From an uncultured Acidobacteriota bacterium (GTDB lineage Bacteria; Acidobacteriota; Terriglobia; UBA7540): a stretch of DNA of 24,000 bases. This document shows positions 23,336-24,000 of this stretch, piece after piece (positions within the stretch are counted from its first letter, which is position 1; each line of letters opens with the position of its first letter). Where the stretch lies: the NCBI GenBank assembly GCA_963808085.1, contig CAWEFC010000006.1:137328-161327 (forward strand), written 5' to 3'. The notes beneath the pieces were generated by a model. It was not told the DNA's origin. It ran no database searches and worked only from the letters and a program-made list of their open reading frames with translations. The translations under genes and the position numbers were made by a program.

Positions 23336-23425
23336 GGAAGGTTGGCCGAGTCCGGTAAGGCTCCGGTCCTGAAAACCGGTGACTCCGTAAAAGGAGCAGG
23401 GGTTCGAATCCTCTACCTTCCGCCA
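23336..23425 (+). tRNA. tRNA-Ser (UGA), 90 nt, long variable arm, C at position 33, CCA encoded
   Basis: Manual fold:
- acceptor GGAAGGT/ACCTTCC
- D region GCCGAGTCCGGTAAGGCT
- anticodon arm CCGGT-CCTGAAA-ACCGG
- variable arm TGACTCCGTAAAAGGAGC
- T arm AGGGG-TTCGAAT-CCTCT
- G73, then CCA. Confidence 0.8.
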
Positions 23426-23430
23426 ACATT

Positions 23431-23504
23431 GGGGCCATAGCGAAATGGCATAGCAGAAGTCTTAAACACTTCGTTTCCGGGTTCGAATCCCGGTGGCCCC
23501 ACCA
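23431..23504 (+). tRNA. tRNA with Leu anticodon UAA, 74 nt, short (4-nt) variable loop, CCA encoded
   Basis: Manual fold:
- acceptor GGGGCCA/TGGCCCC
- D arm GCGA-AATGGCA-TAGC
- anticodon arm GAAGT-CTTAAAC-ACTTC
- variable GTTT
- T arm CCGGG-TTCGAAT-CCCGG
- A73, then CCA. Confidence 0.75.
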
Positions 23505-23514
23505 AAGCAGGAAA

Positions 23515-23541
23515 CAATTGCCGATCGCCGATTGCCGATTG
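23515..23541. repeat. Heptamer repeat block ATTGCCG x ~3.5 (inverted relative to 23597-23669)
   Basis: CA ATTGCCG ATCGCCG ATTGCCG ATTG. Confidence 0.8.
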
Positions 23542-23596
23542 AGCGCCAGGGATTGACCAATGCCGGCCGACAACAAAAAACTCACCCTCTGCGGAC

Positions 23597-23669
23597 AATC
23601 GGCAATCCTCAATCGACAATCGGCAATGGTGAATTGACAATCGGCAATCGGCAATCGAAAATCGTCAAT
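23597..23669. repeat. Tandem heptamer array, consensus CAATCGG, about 10.5 units, ending at the tsaD start codon
   Basis: CAATCGG CAATCCT CAATCGA CAATCGG CAATGGT GAATTGA CAATCGG CAATCGG CAATCGA AAATCGT CAAT, followed directly by ATG. Confidence 0.85.
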
Positions 23670-24000
23670 ATGCTTGTCCTAGGGATTGAATCCAGTTGCG
23701 ATGAAACGGCGGCGGCGGTCGTGGCCGACGGCGAGCGCATTCGCTCGAGCGTTGTGGCCTCACAGATTCTGACGCATGAAAAATACGGAGGCGTAGTTCC
23801 CGAACTCGCTTCGCGGGAGCACTTGCGTGCGATCGAACCGATTGTGGATGAAGCCTGCAGTCAGGCCGATGTGAAACTGCGCGAAGTGGACGCGATCGCG
23901 GTCACCGAAGGTCCGGGCTTGATTGGGTCGCTGTTGGTGGGTCTGGTTTACGGCAAGGCTTTGGCGTTATCCCTGAATAAACCTTTGGTGGGGGTAAATC
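23670..24000 (+). CDS. tsaD: tRNA N6-adenosine threonylcarbamoyltransferase TsaD (N-terminal part, continues off the right edge)
   Basis: [18 protein letters not shown]...[18 protein letters not shown]...[14 protein letters not shown] is the canonical TsaD/Kae1 N-terminus. Not in the ORF track because there is no stop codon in the window. Confidence 0.9.
   Translation, partial: MLVLGIESSCDETAAAVVADGERIRSSVVASQILTHEKYGGVVPELASREHLRAIEPIVDEACSQADVKLREVDAIAVTEGPGLIGSLLVGLVYGKALALSLNKPLVGVN

Noticed and set aside
22911-23654. Several 75-126-aa ORFs on both strands across the tRNA array and heptamer repeats
   Set aside because: They overlap seven well-folded tRNA genes, or translate the 7-bp repeats into low-complexity peptides (IADC repeats). 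Not coding.
23597-23669. Possible CRISPR array or coding repeat
   Set aside because: The unit is 7 bp with no spacers, and there are no cas genes. The period is not a multiple of three.

Overview
GC-rich bacterial chromosomal window. Gene content and intergenic style suggest a soil Acidobacteriota-like organism, but that is a guess. Nothing here could be run through a database or folding program; all calls come from reading the sequence and the ORF translations. No transposase, integrase or CRISPR array was recognised.

Gene order, left to right:
- MacB/FtsX-like permease fragment (-)
- MqnA/MqnD-family protein, MFS transporter and glutamate decarboxylase (all +)
- large B12-like radical SAM protein (-)
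- about 570 bp of tandem Y-RNA-like structured modules, then a TROVE/vWA (Ro60/Rsr-like) gene (+)
- AT-rich non-coding stretch
- ParD/ParE toxin-antitoxin pair (-); the toxin has no canonical start codon and is missing from the ORF track
- DUF1015 protein and a ThiH/HydG-like radical SAM protein fused to a hemerythrin domain (+)
- glycan cluster (+): Wzt-type ABC ATPase, two glycosyltransferases, a methyltransferase, a FemAB/GNAT-like protein, two tandem FdtA-like cupins and a DegT aminotransferase remnant
- FmdB zinc-ribbon protein (+) and GalU (-)
- a tightly packed array of 7 tRNAs (+), then the start of tsaD (+)

Two loci stand out.
1. The tRNA array decodes only Leu, Tyr and Ser. It sits directly behind an intrinsic terminator. 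Upstream of that is a 27-codon ORF made almost entirely of Ser/Leu/Tyr codons, with a plausible antiterminator pairing. This looks like a leader-peptide attenuator controlling tRNA genes. In addition, all four Leu-anticodon tRNAs lack the long variable arm expected in bacteria.
2. The Rsr-like gene is preceded by four tandem modules carrying a Ro-binding-like helix. One module contains a complete circularly permuted tRNA cloverleaf. A perfect 31-bp inverted repeat separates the array from the gene.

Inverted arrays of degenerate heptamer repeats recur at three gene boundaries.
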